Positions 45,280-54,448 of a DNA stretch of 61,912 nt are shown one piece after another (the stretch's first letter is position 1; each line of letters starts with the position of its first letter). The DNA comes from Gemmatimonadales bacterium. Lineage in GTDB: Bacteria > Gemmatimonadota > Gemmatimonadetes > Gemmatimonadales > GWC2-71-9. The stretch covers positions 1 to 61,912 of the forward strand of contig JBBSPX010000001.1 of assembly GCA_038258395.1 (NCBI GenBank). Direction: 5' to 3'. The translations under genes were made by a program, and so were the position numbers. Under the pieces are notes generated by a model. It did not search any database and was not told the DNA's origin. It saw only the letters and a program-made list of their open reading frames with translations.

Positions 45280-48200
45280 CCAACACCATATCAAGAGTCC
45301 CCACCAAGAGGTCTGCCTCGGCGCGACCAAACACCATCGGCGGCTTGATCTTGAGCACATTGTCGGCCGGACCATCGGTCGAGAGTAACACCCCAGCCTC
45401 GCGCATGGCGTTGATCACCTGCCCCGCCTCCGCGGTCGCCGGCGCCCTGGTCTCGCGGTCAGAAACCAGATCAACTCCGACAAACAGGCCGGCGCCTCGG
45501 ACATCACCGATCAGGGGAGTTCGCTCCGCCAGCTGGCGCAGCCGACCGATGAGATACTCCCCGGTGTCCAGCGCGTGCCGCTGCAGCTCCTCCAGCTCGA
45601 TCACATCGAGCACCGCCATACCGACCGCCGCCGATACCGGATTCCCGCCGAAGGACGAGAAGAATTCCATCCCGTTGGCAAACGCCTCGGCAATCGCAGG
45701 CGTGGTGATCACCGCGGCCATCGGATGCCCATTGCCGATCGGTTTGCCGATCGTGACGATGTCGGGCACCACATCCTGCAGCTCATGCGCCCAGAAGTGT
45801 GAGCCGACCCGGCCGAAGCCGGTCTGCACCTCATCGACAATCACGAGGCCACCGGCTCGCCGCACCCGACGCGCCGCCTCGCCGAGATACCCGTCCGGAT
45901 ACACCACCTGGCCGCCACAGCCCGAGATCGCCTCGGCGATGAATGCCGCGGGACCGGAGCCGGACCCGCTCCTCTCTTCGATCGCCGCGATGCACTGATC
46001 GATCGAGTCGGCATATGAGAGCGCCGCCGAGTGATCGGTGCCGCGGAACGGGCCACGATAGGGGTCAGGCAGCGTGGCCACCTGGACATGCGCCACCTGC
46101 CCCGAGCCGCCCGCACGCTTGAACTTGTATGGGCTCACCTCGATCAGCGCAGACGTGTGCCCGTGGTAGCCCCAATCGAGCGTAATCATGTCGCGTCGAC
46201 CGGTGACGGTGCGCGCCATCCGGAGCGCAAGCTCATTGGCTTCGGAGCCGGAACACACCATGTACACGACCGAGAGCGGACTCGGAAAGGTTCGGCCCAG
46301 CCGCTCCGCATACTCCACGAGGGTGTCGTGGAGATAGCGGGTATTGGTGTTGAGGATCGCCGCCTGTTGTGCGAGTGCCTCGACCACGTGCGGGTGCGCG
46401 TGTCCAACGTGACAAATATTGTTGACGCAATCGAGGTACGCGCGACCAGTGTGATCATGGAGCCACGTGCCGTGACCGCGCACCATCTTGAGCTTGTGGC
46501 GGTAACTGGTCGAGAGCGAGGGTCCGATGACGGCCTCGCGACGCGACAGTAGCATGGGGGGGGGCGATGCATCGACCGCGAAACTCTCCGGGGCAAGTTT
46601 CAGCACGAGGTTCGGATCCGGCGCAATCTGTCGCCACACGGGCCAGAGACTCGGATGGCCGACGCCGGGAAAATTGCCTGCGAAGCCGAGCAGGTCGGTG
46701 ATGAGCTGGAAGTGAAGGTGCGGCGCCCAGCCGCCATTCACATCGTCGGCTCCGATCGATCCGATGCGTTGCCCTGCCACGACCCGCCCCCCAACCGTGA
46801 GCAGGTCGAGTGACTCCCGCGCGAGGTGGCCATACAAGGTGTGGAACAGCGGACCACCATCACCGGCCCGATGTTCCAGGATCACCGTCGGACCGTAGTC
46901 GAGTGGCATGGCGTTGTCGACGACGCTCACCACGGTCCCGGCGTAGGGCGCATGGAGCGGCGTCCCCGCAGGCACGAAGAGGTCGAGCCCCAGGTGCTGC
47001 GACCGCGGTTCGGCGGAGATCGGATCACGGAACTGCGCGGTGGTATACACATCGCGCACTTCGCCGTAATTCCCGATCGCCATCGTCGCACCAGCGGCGC
47101 CCATCCGTGCCGTGAGCCAGTCCCAGTACGCCGCGGGATCGGCACCGTACTCCATCCCGGGTGCGCCCTCGACCAGCGACACCACCATGCGACCGGCCCG
47201 CTCGAGATCGAAATCGAAGAATGAGCAGGCCTTCGGCGCGTCGCCCTCGAGCCACTGAACCACTGCATCGTGAGTGCCTACCGCAGGCAAACCGGCCGCG
47301 TGACGCGCCACCGCGGCGAGCAGCGCGGGGTTGCACCGATCAAGGCGATCAAGCAACTGCAACGCGGATGTTTGGGAGACACGCAGATAGGCGTTGTCCG
47401 GAAACTGGATCGCGCGGTGTGACGAGATGCAGACGCTGCCGATAAGCCGCATGGCAACGAGATCGAAGAGCACCTCGAGTTCGTCGGTCTCGAGTGGGAA
47501 CTCCGAGACATATCCTGCAATCACGTCAGCGGCCGACGCCGCCAGATCGTCCACATCCATCAGCGCGTAGGCCAGTACCACCGCGAGCTCGTTTACCTGC
47601 CGGCCGAAGGTGAGATCCCCGAAGTCGATCATCCCCGTGACGATCGTGCCCTGCTCGTCGACGAGCAGGTTGTTGTCGTTCAGGTCCTGATGGACCACCG
47701 CACCCCGGAGCGTCGCTAGACGGGGCAGGACTCGGGAGTGATAGCGCGCAACATGGCGCCTCACCATCGCCTGATGCGCAGGATCGGCGATGTCGCGCAC
47801 CCATGGTTCGAGCGCCTGCACCTCGTCGAGACTCCAGATGAAGCCGGGACGATGCGCCGCCGGATGACCGAATCCCTGTAGTGCTCGCGACAACCTCCCG
47901 ACGCATTCGCCGAGGCTCTGCAACACTACTGGTGATGCATCGATGCTCGAGTAGAGGCGTCCAGGCAGATAGCTGAGCAGGCGCACAACATGTGGTGTGC
48001 CATCGTGATGCCATGTCACGCAGGCATCGCCGCTGAGCGTGCGAATCACCCGCGGTACGCCGAGCGCTGGTGCCACCGAGGCCAGGTGCGCGAAGACGGC
48101 TTCCTGCAACTGGATGAGTTGCATGTCCTCGAGCGCGTTCCCGATCTTGAGGACATACCCACCGTCGTCGCTGCTGACGTGGAAGTTCTGGTCGCGTTCG

Positions 48201-48313
48201 CTGACCAGTGGAGCTAGCGCACCCGTCAGACCAAAGTCGCGAGACAGGAGCGTCTCCACCTCCGCCTCGGTGAACGCGGGCTTCTGGTGGTCGAACACCG
48301 TCATGCCGGGCAT
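45251..48313 (-). CDS. Tri-domain fusion: APH-type kinase (hydroxylysine-kinase-like) + M23 peptidase + class-III aminotransferase-fold (phospho-lyase-like)
   Basis: Kinase blocks are 'HQDLNDNNLLVD' and 'IDFGDL'. The M23 domain has 'HLGLDLFVPAGTPL' and 'GWAPHLHFQL'. The PLP fold has 'CSGSEANE' and the lysine block 'DIVTIGKPIGNGHPMAAV'. Start trimmed to ATG 48313 (alternative 48304); the track extension to 48436 overlaps a better small ORF. Confidence 0.9.
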   Translation of the reverse strand: MPGMTVFDHQKPAFTEAEVETLLSRDFGLTGALAPLVSERDQNFHVSSDDGGYVLKIGNALEDMQLIQLQEAVFAHLASVAPALGVPRVIRTLSGDACVTWHHDGTPHVVRLLSYLPGRLYSSIDASPVVLQSLGECVGRLSRALQGFGHPAAHRPGFIWSLDEVQALEPWVRDIADPAHQAMVRRHVARYHSRVLPRLATLRGAVVHQDLNDNNLLVDEQGTIVTGMIDFGDLTFGRQVNELAVVLAYALMDVDDLAASAADVIAGYVSEFPLETDELEVLFDLVAMRLIGSVCISSHRAIQFPDNAYLRVSQTSALQLLDRLDRCNPALLAAVARHAAGLPAVGTHDAVVQWLEGDAPKACSFFDFDLERAGRMVVSLVEGAPGMEYGADPAAYWDWLTARMGAAGATMAIGNYGEVRDVYTTAQFRDPISAEPRSQHLGLDLFVPAGTPLHAPYAGTVVSVVDNAMPLDYGPTVILEHRAGDGGPLFHTLYGHLARESLDLLTVGGRVVAGQRIGSIGADDVNGGWAPHLHFQLITDLLGFAGNFPGVGHPSLWPVWRQIAPDPNLVLKLAPESFAVDASPPPMLLSRREAVIGPSLSTSYRHKLKMVRGHGTWLHDHTGRAYLDCVNNICHVGHAHPHVVEALAQQAAILNTNTRYLHDTLVEYAERLGRTFPSPLSVVYMVCSGSEANELALRMARTVTGRRDMITLDWGYHGHTSALIEVSPYKFKRAGGSGQVAHVQVATLPDPYRGPFRGTDHSAALSYADSIDQCIAAIEERSGSGSGPAAFIAEAISGCGGQVVYPDGYLGEAARRVRRAGGLVIVDEVQTGFGRVGSHFWAHELQDVVPDIVTIGKPIGNGHPMAAVITTPAIAEAFANGMEFFSSFGGNPVSAAVGMAVLDVIELEELQRHALDTGEYLIGRLRQLAERTPLIGDVRGAGLFVGVDLVSDRETRAPATAEAGQVINAMREAGVLLSTDGPADNVLKIKPPMVFGRAEADLLVGTLDMVLEGLRMKDEG

Positions 48314-48327
48314 CGGTGGGACCTGAC

Positions 48328-48486
48328 TCAGAAGTTGCGCAGCATGAACCAGCGCGCCCACCAGACACCGGCGGCGGTGCCGACCGCGCTCAGCATCACG
48401 GATCCCCAGATCCCGAATACCGACCCCACCCACCACCCGATTGCACCCCCGACCGTCGAGCCGATCAGCCAGAGCAGGCGGGTCAT
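48328..48486 (-). CDS. 52-aa glycine-zipper membrane micro-protein (below the ORF-track size cut-off)
   Basis: My own translation is 'MTRLLWLIGSTVGGAIGWWVGSVFGIWGSVMLSAVGTAAGVWWARWFMLRNF*'. It has high GC3 and an ATGA overlap with the stop of the upstream gene 48483..48995, and ends 14 nt before the fusion-gene start. Confidence 0.5.
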   Translation of the reverse strand: MTRLLWLIGSTVGGAIGWWVGSVFGIWGSVMLSAVGTAAGVWWARWFMLRNF

Positions 48487-48995
48487 CGTGACACCTCAGC
48501 CGGTGGCACGGCGACCGAATCGCGCTTGGGTGTCACGCTGGAGGTGTGCCCCGACTGGAACATCCAGCCATCCGGTGTGTCGACCAGCACTGCGGTGATG
48601 GCCCCGGCGAATCCGGTGCGTTGTCCGTCGGGCGCGGTGAATTTCTGTGCGAAGCCGGTGACCAACGACGCCACGCCGGGAGCAAGCGGCGTGATCACGG
48701 TGCCATCGTAGAGCAGCTCGGCGTTGGACATGAAGGGCGCCGCTTCACGGATCGCCGTCGCGATTTCGTTCCGTGAGTGGTAGCGCACCTCACCATCCTC
48801 GATCCACCGGAAGGTGCTGTCGGCGAGATAGAACTGTGCGATACTGTCGGCCTGCATCCCGCCGACCGCCGCACGGAACGCGGTGAGTCGCGTCTCGACC
48901 GAGTCGATAATTGCCGCGCGGTGCGCCGCGTCGAGAGTTGGTGCGGCCGGCGTGCATGCGGCCGCGATCACAAGCATCAATGGGTGGAGTCTCAT
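48483..48995 (-). CDS. Lipoprotein with SnoaL/DUF4440-like (NTF2-fold) domain
   Basis: Signal and lipobox 'MRLHPLMLVIAAAC/T'. The size and pattern 'IDSVETRLTAFRAAV...FYLADSTFRWIEDGEV' resemble NTF2-like domains. The family call is weak. Confidence 0.55.
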   Translation of the reverse strand: MRLHPLMLVIAAACTPAAPTLDAAHRAAIIDSVETRLTAFRAAVGGMQADSIAQFYLADSTFRWIEDGEVRYHSRNEIATAIREAAPFMSNAELLYDGTVITPLAPGVASLVTGFAQKFTAPDGQRTGFAGAITAVLVDTPDGWMFQSGHTSSVTPKRDSVAVPPAEVSR

Positions 48996-49636
48996 GGGAT
49001 CCCCTCGTGCAGGGTGGTGTTGTCGAGCACTTCAATCGGCGGCCCGCCGCGCAGCACGGCGGCCACGAGTGCCGCGGCCACCGTGTCGGCGTCGATCGAA
49101 CGATACTGCCGTGGCGCCAATCGCCCGAGGGTGGCTCCGAGCCATTCGAGCGGACGCTTGGACGGGCGCGAGCCGATCAGAAACGCCGGACGCGCCACAA
49201 TGGCACGTTCCCACCCCAATATCTCGATTGACTCCTCGAGCTCGGCCTTCTGCCGGAGGTAGATCGAACCGGCGTCGGGTGAGGCCCCGATCGAAGAGAC
49301 CAAGGCGTGTCGCGTGGCACCTGCCGCGCGGGCGCGGGCGGCCACCTCAAGCGGGATCGCCACCTCGACGTGCCGGTAGGCAACAGGATCCGGTGTTTGC
49401 CGCACGGTTGTGCCGAGCGCCGAGATCACGGCATCGACGGCGAAGGCATCGGCGACAGTGTCGAGGTGATCGAAGTCGACCACACGGTAGCTGATTTTGG
49501 GCGAATGGCGCGGACCGGGATCGCGCCGGACCAGCGCCACGATCTCGTCGACGGCGTGACGGGCGGCGGCATGCTGCAACACGGCGTGGCCGACGAGACC
49601 GGTGCCACCAATGACGAGGAGTCGGGAGACGGACAT
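48992..49636 (-). CDS. NAD(P)-binding atypical SDR (NmrA/HTATIP2-like)
   Basis: 'LLVIGGTGLVGHAVL' Rossmann motif in a 214-aa protein. ATGA overlap with the downstream gene. Confidence 0.8.
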   Translation of the reverse strand: MSVSRLLVIGGTGLVGHAVLQHAAARHAVDEIVALVRRDPGPRHSPKISYRVVDFDHLDTVADAFAVDAVISALGTTVRQTPDPVAYRHVEVAIPLEVAARARAAGATRHALVSSIGASPDAGSIYLRQKAELEESIEILGWERAIVARPAFLIGSRPSKRPLEWLGATLGRLAPRQYRSIDADTVAAALVAAVLRGGPPIEVLDNTTLHEGIP

Positions 49637-49675
49637 CGCGGAAGTTTACTGCTACGGGATACTACCCGTCCTCAG

Positions 49676-50587
49676 CTACCGCCGATACCACACATCCTGC
49701 AACAGGCGATCGTGGAACAGCCGCGAGATCTTGAGTCGTCCGCTCGCACTCGGGTGGACCCCATCCCCCTGGTAGTCAGCCCGGTCGTAACAGGTGCCGG
49801 TCCCGTTGGTCATGCCGCTGGTACAGGCTGGCGCCCAGATGTAGGCGCCCCACCCGTACCACGGACCGGTCCCAGTTGCCTGCATCCCAAGCCAACTGTT
49901 CAGCGCGTGACCCTCTTCATAGCTGAGCGGTTCACCTCGGTCAGGGTGGCCGGTGAAGCCGCCGTAGCTCCGGGAACTGGTATACACGGCCAGTACCGAG
50001 GGAAATTCGGTTGCCAGGCGTGTCTTGAAGGCCGTGAGATTGGCGAGGAAGTGTTCGTAGTCACTGCCCGGAGCGGGAAAGGTTGGGAGAGCCACACCGC
50101 CTGGCGCGCTACCGAATTGGTCGGCTGCCTTGTGATAGATGACGCGCACCTGATCGGGGCGCACCCCAGCCAGCCCAAGTTTCTGGTCACGGCACGCGTC
50201 CCAGAGTTCCGCATCGAAGGCCGGGTCGATCCACTTCTCGATCGCATGGCCGCCCACCGCACAGTTCACCAGGCGCACCGCCGGATTGACCTCCGCACTC
50301 CAGCCGGCCGCGAGTTGCGCGATCCACTCGTCGCATTCCTGATTGGCATTGCTCATCCCGATGCAGACCACGCCAATCACGCCGTCGACCGGCGTCACGG
50401 TCGGCGCTCCGGTGGCGGCCAACCTCAGCGGGAGGCCCTTGTAGGTGGTTGCTGGCGCGCCGGGATGGTCGATGGCGACGGGGGTGGTCGCATCGTTCGG
50501 ATCGGGCGTGGTGGCAGCGGGCTGGCCGCTGCAGCCGACCAGGAAGAGCCCGACGACGAGTCGGGCCTGAAATGGCAATACCGGCAT
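49676..50587 (-). CDS. Secreted lipoprotein, possibly an SGNH/GDSL-like esterase
   Basis: Lipobox 'LFLVGC/SG'. Blocks 'VVCIGMSNA', 'CAVGGHA' and 'GDGVHPS' resemble SGNH blocks I, II and V. Weak call. Confidence 0.5.
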   Translation of the reverse strand: MPVLPFQARLVVGLFLVGCSGQPAATTPDPNDATTPVAIDHPGAPATTYKGLPLRLAATGAPTVTPVDGVIGVVCIGMSNANQECDEWIAQLAAGWSAEVNPAVRLVNCAVGGHAIEKWIDPAFDAELWDACRDQKLGLAGVRPDQVRVIYHKAADQFGSAPGGVALPTFPAPGSDYEHFLANLTAFKTRLATEFPSVLAVYTSSRSYGGFTGHPDRGEPLSYEEGHALNSWLGMQATGTGPWYGWGAYIWAPACTSGMTNGTGTCYDRADYQGDGVHPSASGRLKISRLFHDRLLQDVWYRR

Positions 50588-50665
50588 GGTCTGCTCCGGG
50601 AGTGATATACCGGGTCGACGCGCTGGGGTGCTTTTTGTTAACGGATGGGGTGCAGCTTGACTGGT

Positions 50666-52183
50666 CTACAACCCGTTCAGCGACGTCGAATCGCCGTGCT
50701 CGGTCGCGTCCATCGCCGATTTCGGCACACCCTGGAACCAGCCGGTGAGGGCCTCGACCGCGACCGGACAGAGCTCGCCTGCCGCCGACATGCTGTCGAG
50801 AATGTGCATCGTCGCGTCGATCGGCATCGCCTCGCGGTAGGGGCGATCGGCAGAGAGTGCCTCACAGACATCGGCCACCGCAAGGATCCGCGAGAGGGTC
50901 GGCAGCTCGTCCGCCGCGAGACCGAGATGGTAGCCACGTCCATCGAGGCGCTCATGATGCGAGGCGGCCAGCGAGGCGATCCGCTCGAACCGGTTGACAC
51001 CGCGCAGGATCTCGAACGTGTACACGGTATGGCGCCGCATCTCGGCCATTTCGTTCGGCTCGAGTGCCGTCGCCTTGTCGATCACCTGATTGCTCACGCC
51101 AAGCTTGCCGACATCGTGCAGCAGGGCAGCACGACGGATCGCCCGGATGTCCCGACGCGGCAGCCCCATTTCCTTGGCCGTCCTGGTGGCGAGGAACGCC
51201 ACGTTCTGTGAGTGCCGCGCCGTGAAGTGACTCTTCGCATCGATGACCTTGGCGAACGCCTCGGCGACCGTGTCGAGGCGAAGCTCGTCGGCGTACACGA
51301 TCCGTTGTTCCGGCTCGTATTCGCCCAACTCCGCTCGCGCGTCCGCGCTCTGCAGTCGACCCCAGAAGACCGCATCGTCACGGAATCGGTCGAGGCAGTT
51401 CACCAATTCCGGGTCGAACCAGCGGCCACTGCGCGCGTGCGCCACACTGTAGGCGGTGGCCACATCGAAGCCGTGCTCGAACACCTCGACCGTCTGGGCC
51501 AGACCGACGATCCGCGCCAGCAGTGGGATCGCGGCGCCGCGCAGCCCGCTCGGCACCCCGTTGCCATCCCAGTGCTCATCGACCGCGCGAATCGCATCAC
51601 AGGTCGCGACCGGCATCGCGAGCATCGCCCCGATGTCCGCACCCCGATCAGCCTTGAGCCGCGCCATGTCGTGCCGCGCCACCTTCACCCTGCCGCCCTG
51701 CCGGAGCGCATGCCAACCGCGCACCATATTGGACCGGCCGACCAAGGAGTGCTTCATGGCATACCGGGTCCGATCCATCCGGTCGGTCCAATCGATCAGG
51801 CGATGGGCCTTCTTGAGGGCGCGGTCGTCGCCGCCGTAGAGCGAGCTCATCGCGGCGCTGTTGCTGCTGCAGCCCAGGTCCTTGAGTAGGAGCGCGTAGA
51901 ACAGCGCGCTGGCGTCCTTCTCAGGGAGTTCCAGGATAGACGCGATCCGCATGCCGATCATGGTGGTGCGGACCGAATGCCCCATCGGCTGGCCCTCAGC
52001 CAGATCGAGCGCATAGGACATGGCGCCGACAACATCATTGAGACGAATGCCGGCGTAGGCCCCGGTGTCCTGAGGAGGTTGTGACAAGGCAAGCCGATCG
52101 GCCAGCCGCGCCGAATGGGGCGCGGCGAGGTCCGGTCCGGTCTCCGCCGTGGCGAGTGCCCGCGCGTCGATGGTCATGACCAA
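50666..52183 (-). CDS. Tandem HD-GYP-type phosphohydrolase (degenerate N-terminal module + canonical C-terminal module)
   Basis: The C-terminal module has 'RHSQNVA', 'LLHDVGKLGV' and 'HHERLDGRGYH'. The N-terminal module has the same architecture but 'LLLKDLGCS' and 'DEHWDGNGVP'. Confidence 0.85.
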   Translation of the reverse strand: MVMTIDARALATAETGPDLAAPHSARLADRLALSQPPQDTGAYAGIRLNDVVGAMSYALDLAEGQPMGHSVRTTMIGMRIASILELPEKDASALFYALLLKDLGCSSNSAAMSSLYGGDDRALKKAHRLIDWTDRMDRTRYAMKHSLVGRSNMVRGWHALRQGGRVKVARHDMARLKADRGADIGAMLAMPVATCDAIRAVDEHWDGNGVPSGLRGAAIPLLARIVGLAQTVEVFEHGFDVATAYSVAHARSGRWFDPELVNCLDRFRDDAVFWGRLQSADARAELGEYEPEQRIVYADELRLDTVAEAFAKVIDAKSHFTARHSQNVAFLATRTAKEMGLPRRDIRAIRRAALLHDVGKLGVSNQVIDKATALEPNEMAEMRRHTVYTFEILRGVNRFERIASLAASHHERLDGRGYHLGLAADELPTLSRILAVADVCEALSADRPYREAMPIDATMHILDSMSAAGELCPVAVEALTGWFQGVPKSAMDATEHGDSTSLNGL

Positions 52184-52234
52184 GGAATCGGCAAGATCGG
52201 TGCCGGTATCCCAAAGGGCCGAAAATTGCCCTAA

Positions 52235-52253
52235 CTGTCAAGAATCTTGACAG
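52235..52253. promoter_or_regulatory. Perfect 19-bp palindrome CTGTCAAGA-A-TCTTGACAG (candidate operator / paired TTGACA boxes)
   Basis: Read directly. It lies in the 221-nt divergent region between HD-GYP (-) and PAP2 (+), and TTGACA is present on both strands. Confidence 0.4.
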
Positions 52254-52404
52254 CAACCTCCGGCTTGGACCAAACAACTCCTATGAACTGGAGACTGGTG
52301 CCCCCGCGACCGCGACTCCATCTTGCAAGCCCGATGGCCGGAACTGCTCCGGTCCACGGTCTCATTCCGTCCCGGAGCTCGTCCTGGCCGCAGTCTCCAG
52401 GCCC

Positions 52405-53319
52405 TTGTCCACCGTGTCCCTGGTTGAGTCTCGCCCCATCCGGGGTGAGTTCTCCGCGCTGGACCTCCTGACGGCGACGTACACCCTCTGCTCGGCGGCC
52501 GTGCTCCTGGTCCGCAGCATGATCGTCGACCAGCGGGTCACCGGGACCTCCCTGCCGTGGCTGCTCGTTGCTCACCTGCTGCTGCTGGTCCTCGTGGTGC
52601 TCGCCCGAAAGGCGCGAAATGAGGCAGCGCCGGGTCTCTCACTCATCGCAGAGTGGTACCCGCTGGTCGTCTTGATGGCCGTCTACGGCTCGATCGGCCT
52701 CCTGAATGGTCCGCTCCAGCACCTCGGTGCTTCGCTTGATCCGGTGGTGATCGGCTGGGAGGCAAAGCTCAGGGGTCCCCAACTCATCGACCGGTGGGCC
52801 GGCCATCCGGGGCCGAGGTATGTCAACTGGATCCTCGGCTTCTCGTACCTCGCGTTCTTCCCGATGGTGATCGCCGCCCCGCTCGTCTTGTGGCTTCAGG
52901 GAAAGCATGAGCACGCCCGGCGCGCGATCTTCGGCATCTCGCTCACTTTCCTCACCTGCTACCTGATCTTCCTCCTCTTCCCGGTCGCCGGGCCGTCGTA
53001 TCTCATCGGATGGCCGGACACCCAGACGTCCGCCGACCTGCCGGTTCGACTCGTCCGTTCACTCAACGAGCGTGGTGATTCCTGGGGGTCGGCCTTCCCA
53101 TCGAGCCATGTCGCCGGCTCCGCCACGGCTCTCGGACTCGGCATGCTCGGCTGCAAGAAGCTTGGCACGATGCTGATGCCGATCGCGATCGGGATCCTGC
53201 TCGCCGTGATCTACTTCCGGGTGCACTATGTGCTCGATGCCGTCGCCGGACTCGCTATGGCCGCGCTCAGCATCACGATCGTTCGACGATTCTGGCCGCT
53301 CGACACTCCCAGCACATGA
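52405..53319 (+). CDS. PAP2-superfamily membrane phosphatase/phosphotransferase
   Basis: PAP2 motifs 'SFPSSHVAGS' and 'FRVHYVLDA' in a polytopic protein. The track start is TTG 52405; the true start is uncertain (GTG 52414 or the internal ATG at 52516). Confidence 0.75.
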   Translation: MSTVSLVESRPIRGEFSALDLLTATYTLCSAAVLLVRSMIVDQRVTGTSLPWLLVAHLLLLVLVVLARKARNEAAPGLSLIAEWYPLVVLMAVYGSIGLLNGPLQHLGASLDPVVIGWEAKLRGPQLIDRWAGHPGPRYVNWILGFSYLAFFPMVIAAPLVLWLQGKHEHARRAIFGISLTFLTCYLIFLLFPVAGPSYLIGWPDTQTSADLPVRLVRSLNERGDSWGSAFPSSHVAGSATALGLGMLGCKKLGTMLMPIAIGILLAVIYFRVHYVLDAVAGLAMAALSITIVRRFWPLDTPST

Positions 53320-54302
53320 GACAGTCGTGGCGCCTGCTGCTCGCGCTGATCGGCACGGTGTTGCTCGTCGCGATGGTCAAGGTCATCGGACCAAGCGTTG
53401 TCCTCGATGGTGTTCGGCGCGCGGGATGGGTACTGCTGCCGATCATGCTGGTGCAGTTTGCCGTGTACAGCCTCAATGCGTGGGCGTGGTGGCTGCTGTT
53501 CAATCCGACGCACGCGCGCCCAAGCTACCGCCGCACGCTCGGCATCAGCGTCACCGGCTTCGCGCTCAACTTCATCACGCCGGTGGTCAACGCCGGTGGC
53601 GAACCCTACCGCGTCGCGGCGCTCACACCAGCACTCGGCCTCAGTCGTGCCACCGGTTCGGTGCTCGGCTACGTGATGGTGCACGCCGTGAGTTCATTGC
53701 TGCTCTGGCTTGGGGCGATCATCACCACGCTGGTGTTCCTGCCGCACGCCGGCGTCGGGACGCCCGCGCTGTTTGGGGCGGCGGCACTCGTCGTGATCGC
53801 ACTCGGAGTGGTCCTCTCCGGACAACGCGACGGGTTTGTGCTCAGGATCGCCGCGCTGCTCTCGAAGCTGCGGTTCCGAAAGTGGTCGGCGTGGCTCGCG
53901 ACACGCCACGAGGCGTTCGCCGCGGTCGATGCCGAACTGGTGGCACTCTGGCGCGATCGCCCGAGTCGGTTGATCAGTGCCATCGCGGCCGACACCCTCG
54001 CACGTGCTGTCGGCGCCCTGGAGTTCTTCCTGATTGGGCTGGCACTCGGCATTCCGCTGGCGTTCACGACCAGCCTGGCGATGTGGGGGCTGCTGGCTCT
54101 CGCGATGAATCTCTTCTTCATCTTCCCGTGGGAACTCGGCTCACGCGAAGCGTCGATCTACGGCGTGACACATCTGGCCGGAGTGCCGATCGAGATCGCC
54201 GCGCTCGCGGTGGTGGTCGGTCGCGTGCGCGAGCTCACGTGGGCGGCGCTCGGGATGGCGGTATTGTGGCTGGAAGCGCAACGCCCCGCCTCCCGAACGT
54301 AG
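53316..54302 (+). CDS. UPF0104 / lysyl-PG-synthase-TM-like 'flippase-like' membrane protein
   Basis: ATGA overlap with PAP2. It has 8 hydrophobic helices, an N-terminal 'WRLLLALIGTVLLVAMV' and 'GGEPYRV', typical of this family. Confidence 0.75.
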   Translation: MRQSWRLLLALIGTVLLVAMVKVIGPSVVLDGVRRAGWVLLPIMLVQFAVYSLNAWAWWLLFNPTHARPSYRRTLGISVTGFALNFITPVVNAGGEPYRVAALTPALGLSRATGSVLGYVMVHAVSSLLLWLGAIITTLVFLPHAGVGTPALFGAAALVVIALGVVLSGQRDGFVLRIAALLSKLRFRKWSAWLATRHEAFAAVDAELVALWRDRPSRLISAIAADTLARAVGALEFFLIGLALGIPLAFTTSLAMWGLLALAMNLFFIFPWELGSREASIYGVTHLAGVPIEIAALAVVVGRVRELTWAALGMAVLWLEAQRPASRT

Positions 54303-54448
54303 CGAAGGACGGCGGGTCCTATGGGGTGACACCACCCGGACCCGTGCCCACACCCGCCCCCTGACAGATGCGTGCAACTTGTTGTATCTGTGAGCAACAT
54401 GCAGTCCAAGTGAACCCCCTGCGAGCACCCACACGAGGGAGGACCCGA

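Noticed and set aside
48314-48436. Apparent peptide repeat 'GIRDLGIRD' at the track N-terminus of the fusion protein
   Set aside because: It is the out-of-frame reading of the glycine-zipper micro-ORF (48328..48486). The kinase domain begins right after ATG 48313, so the extension is not credible.
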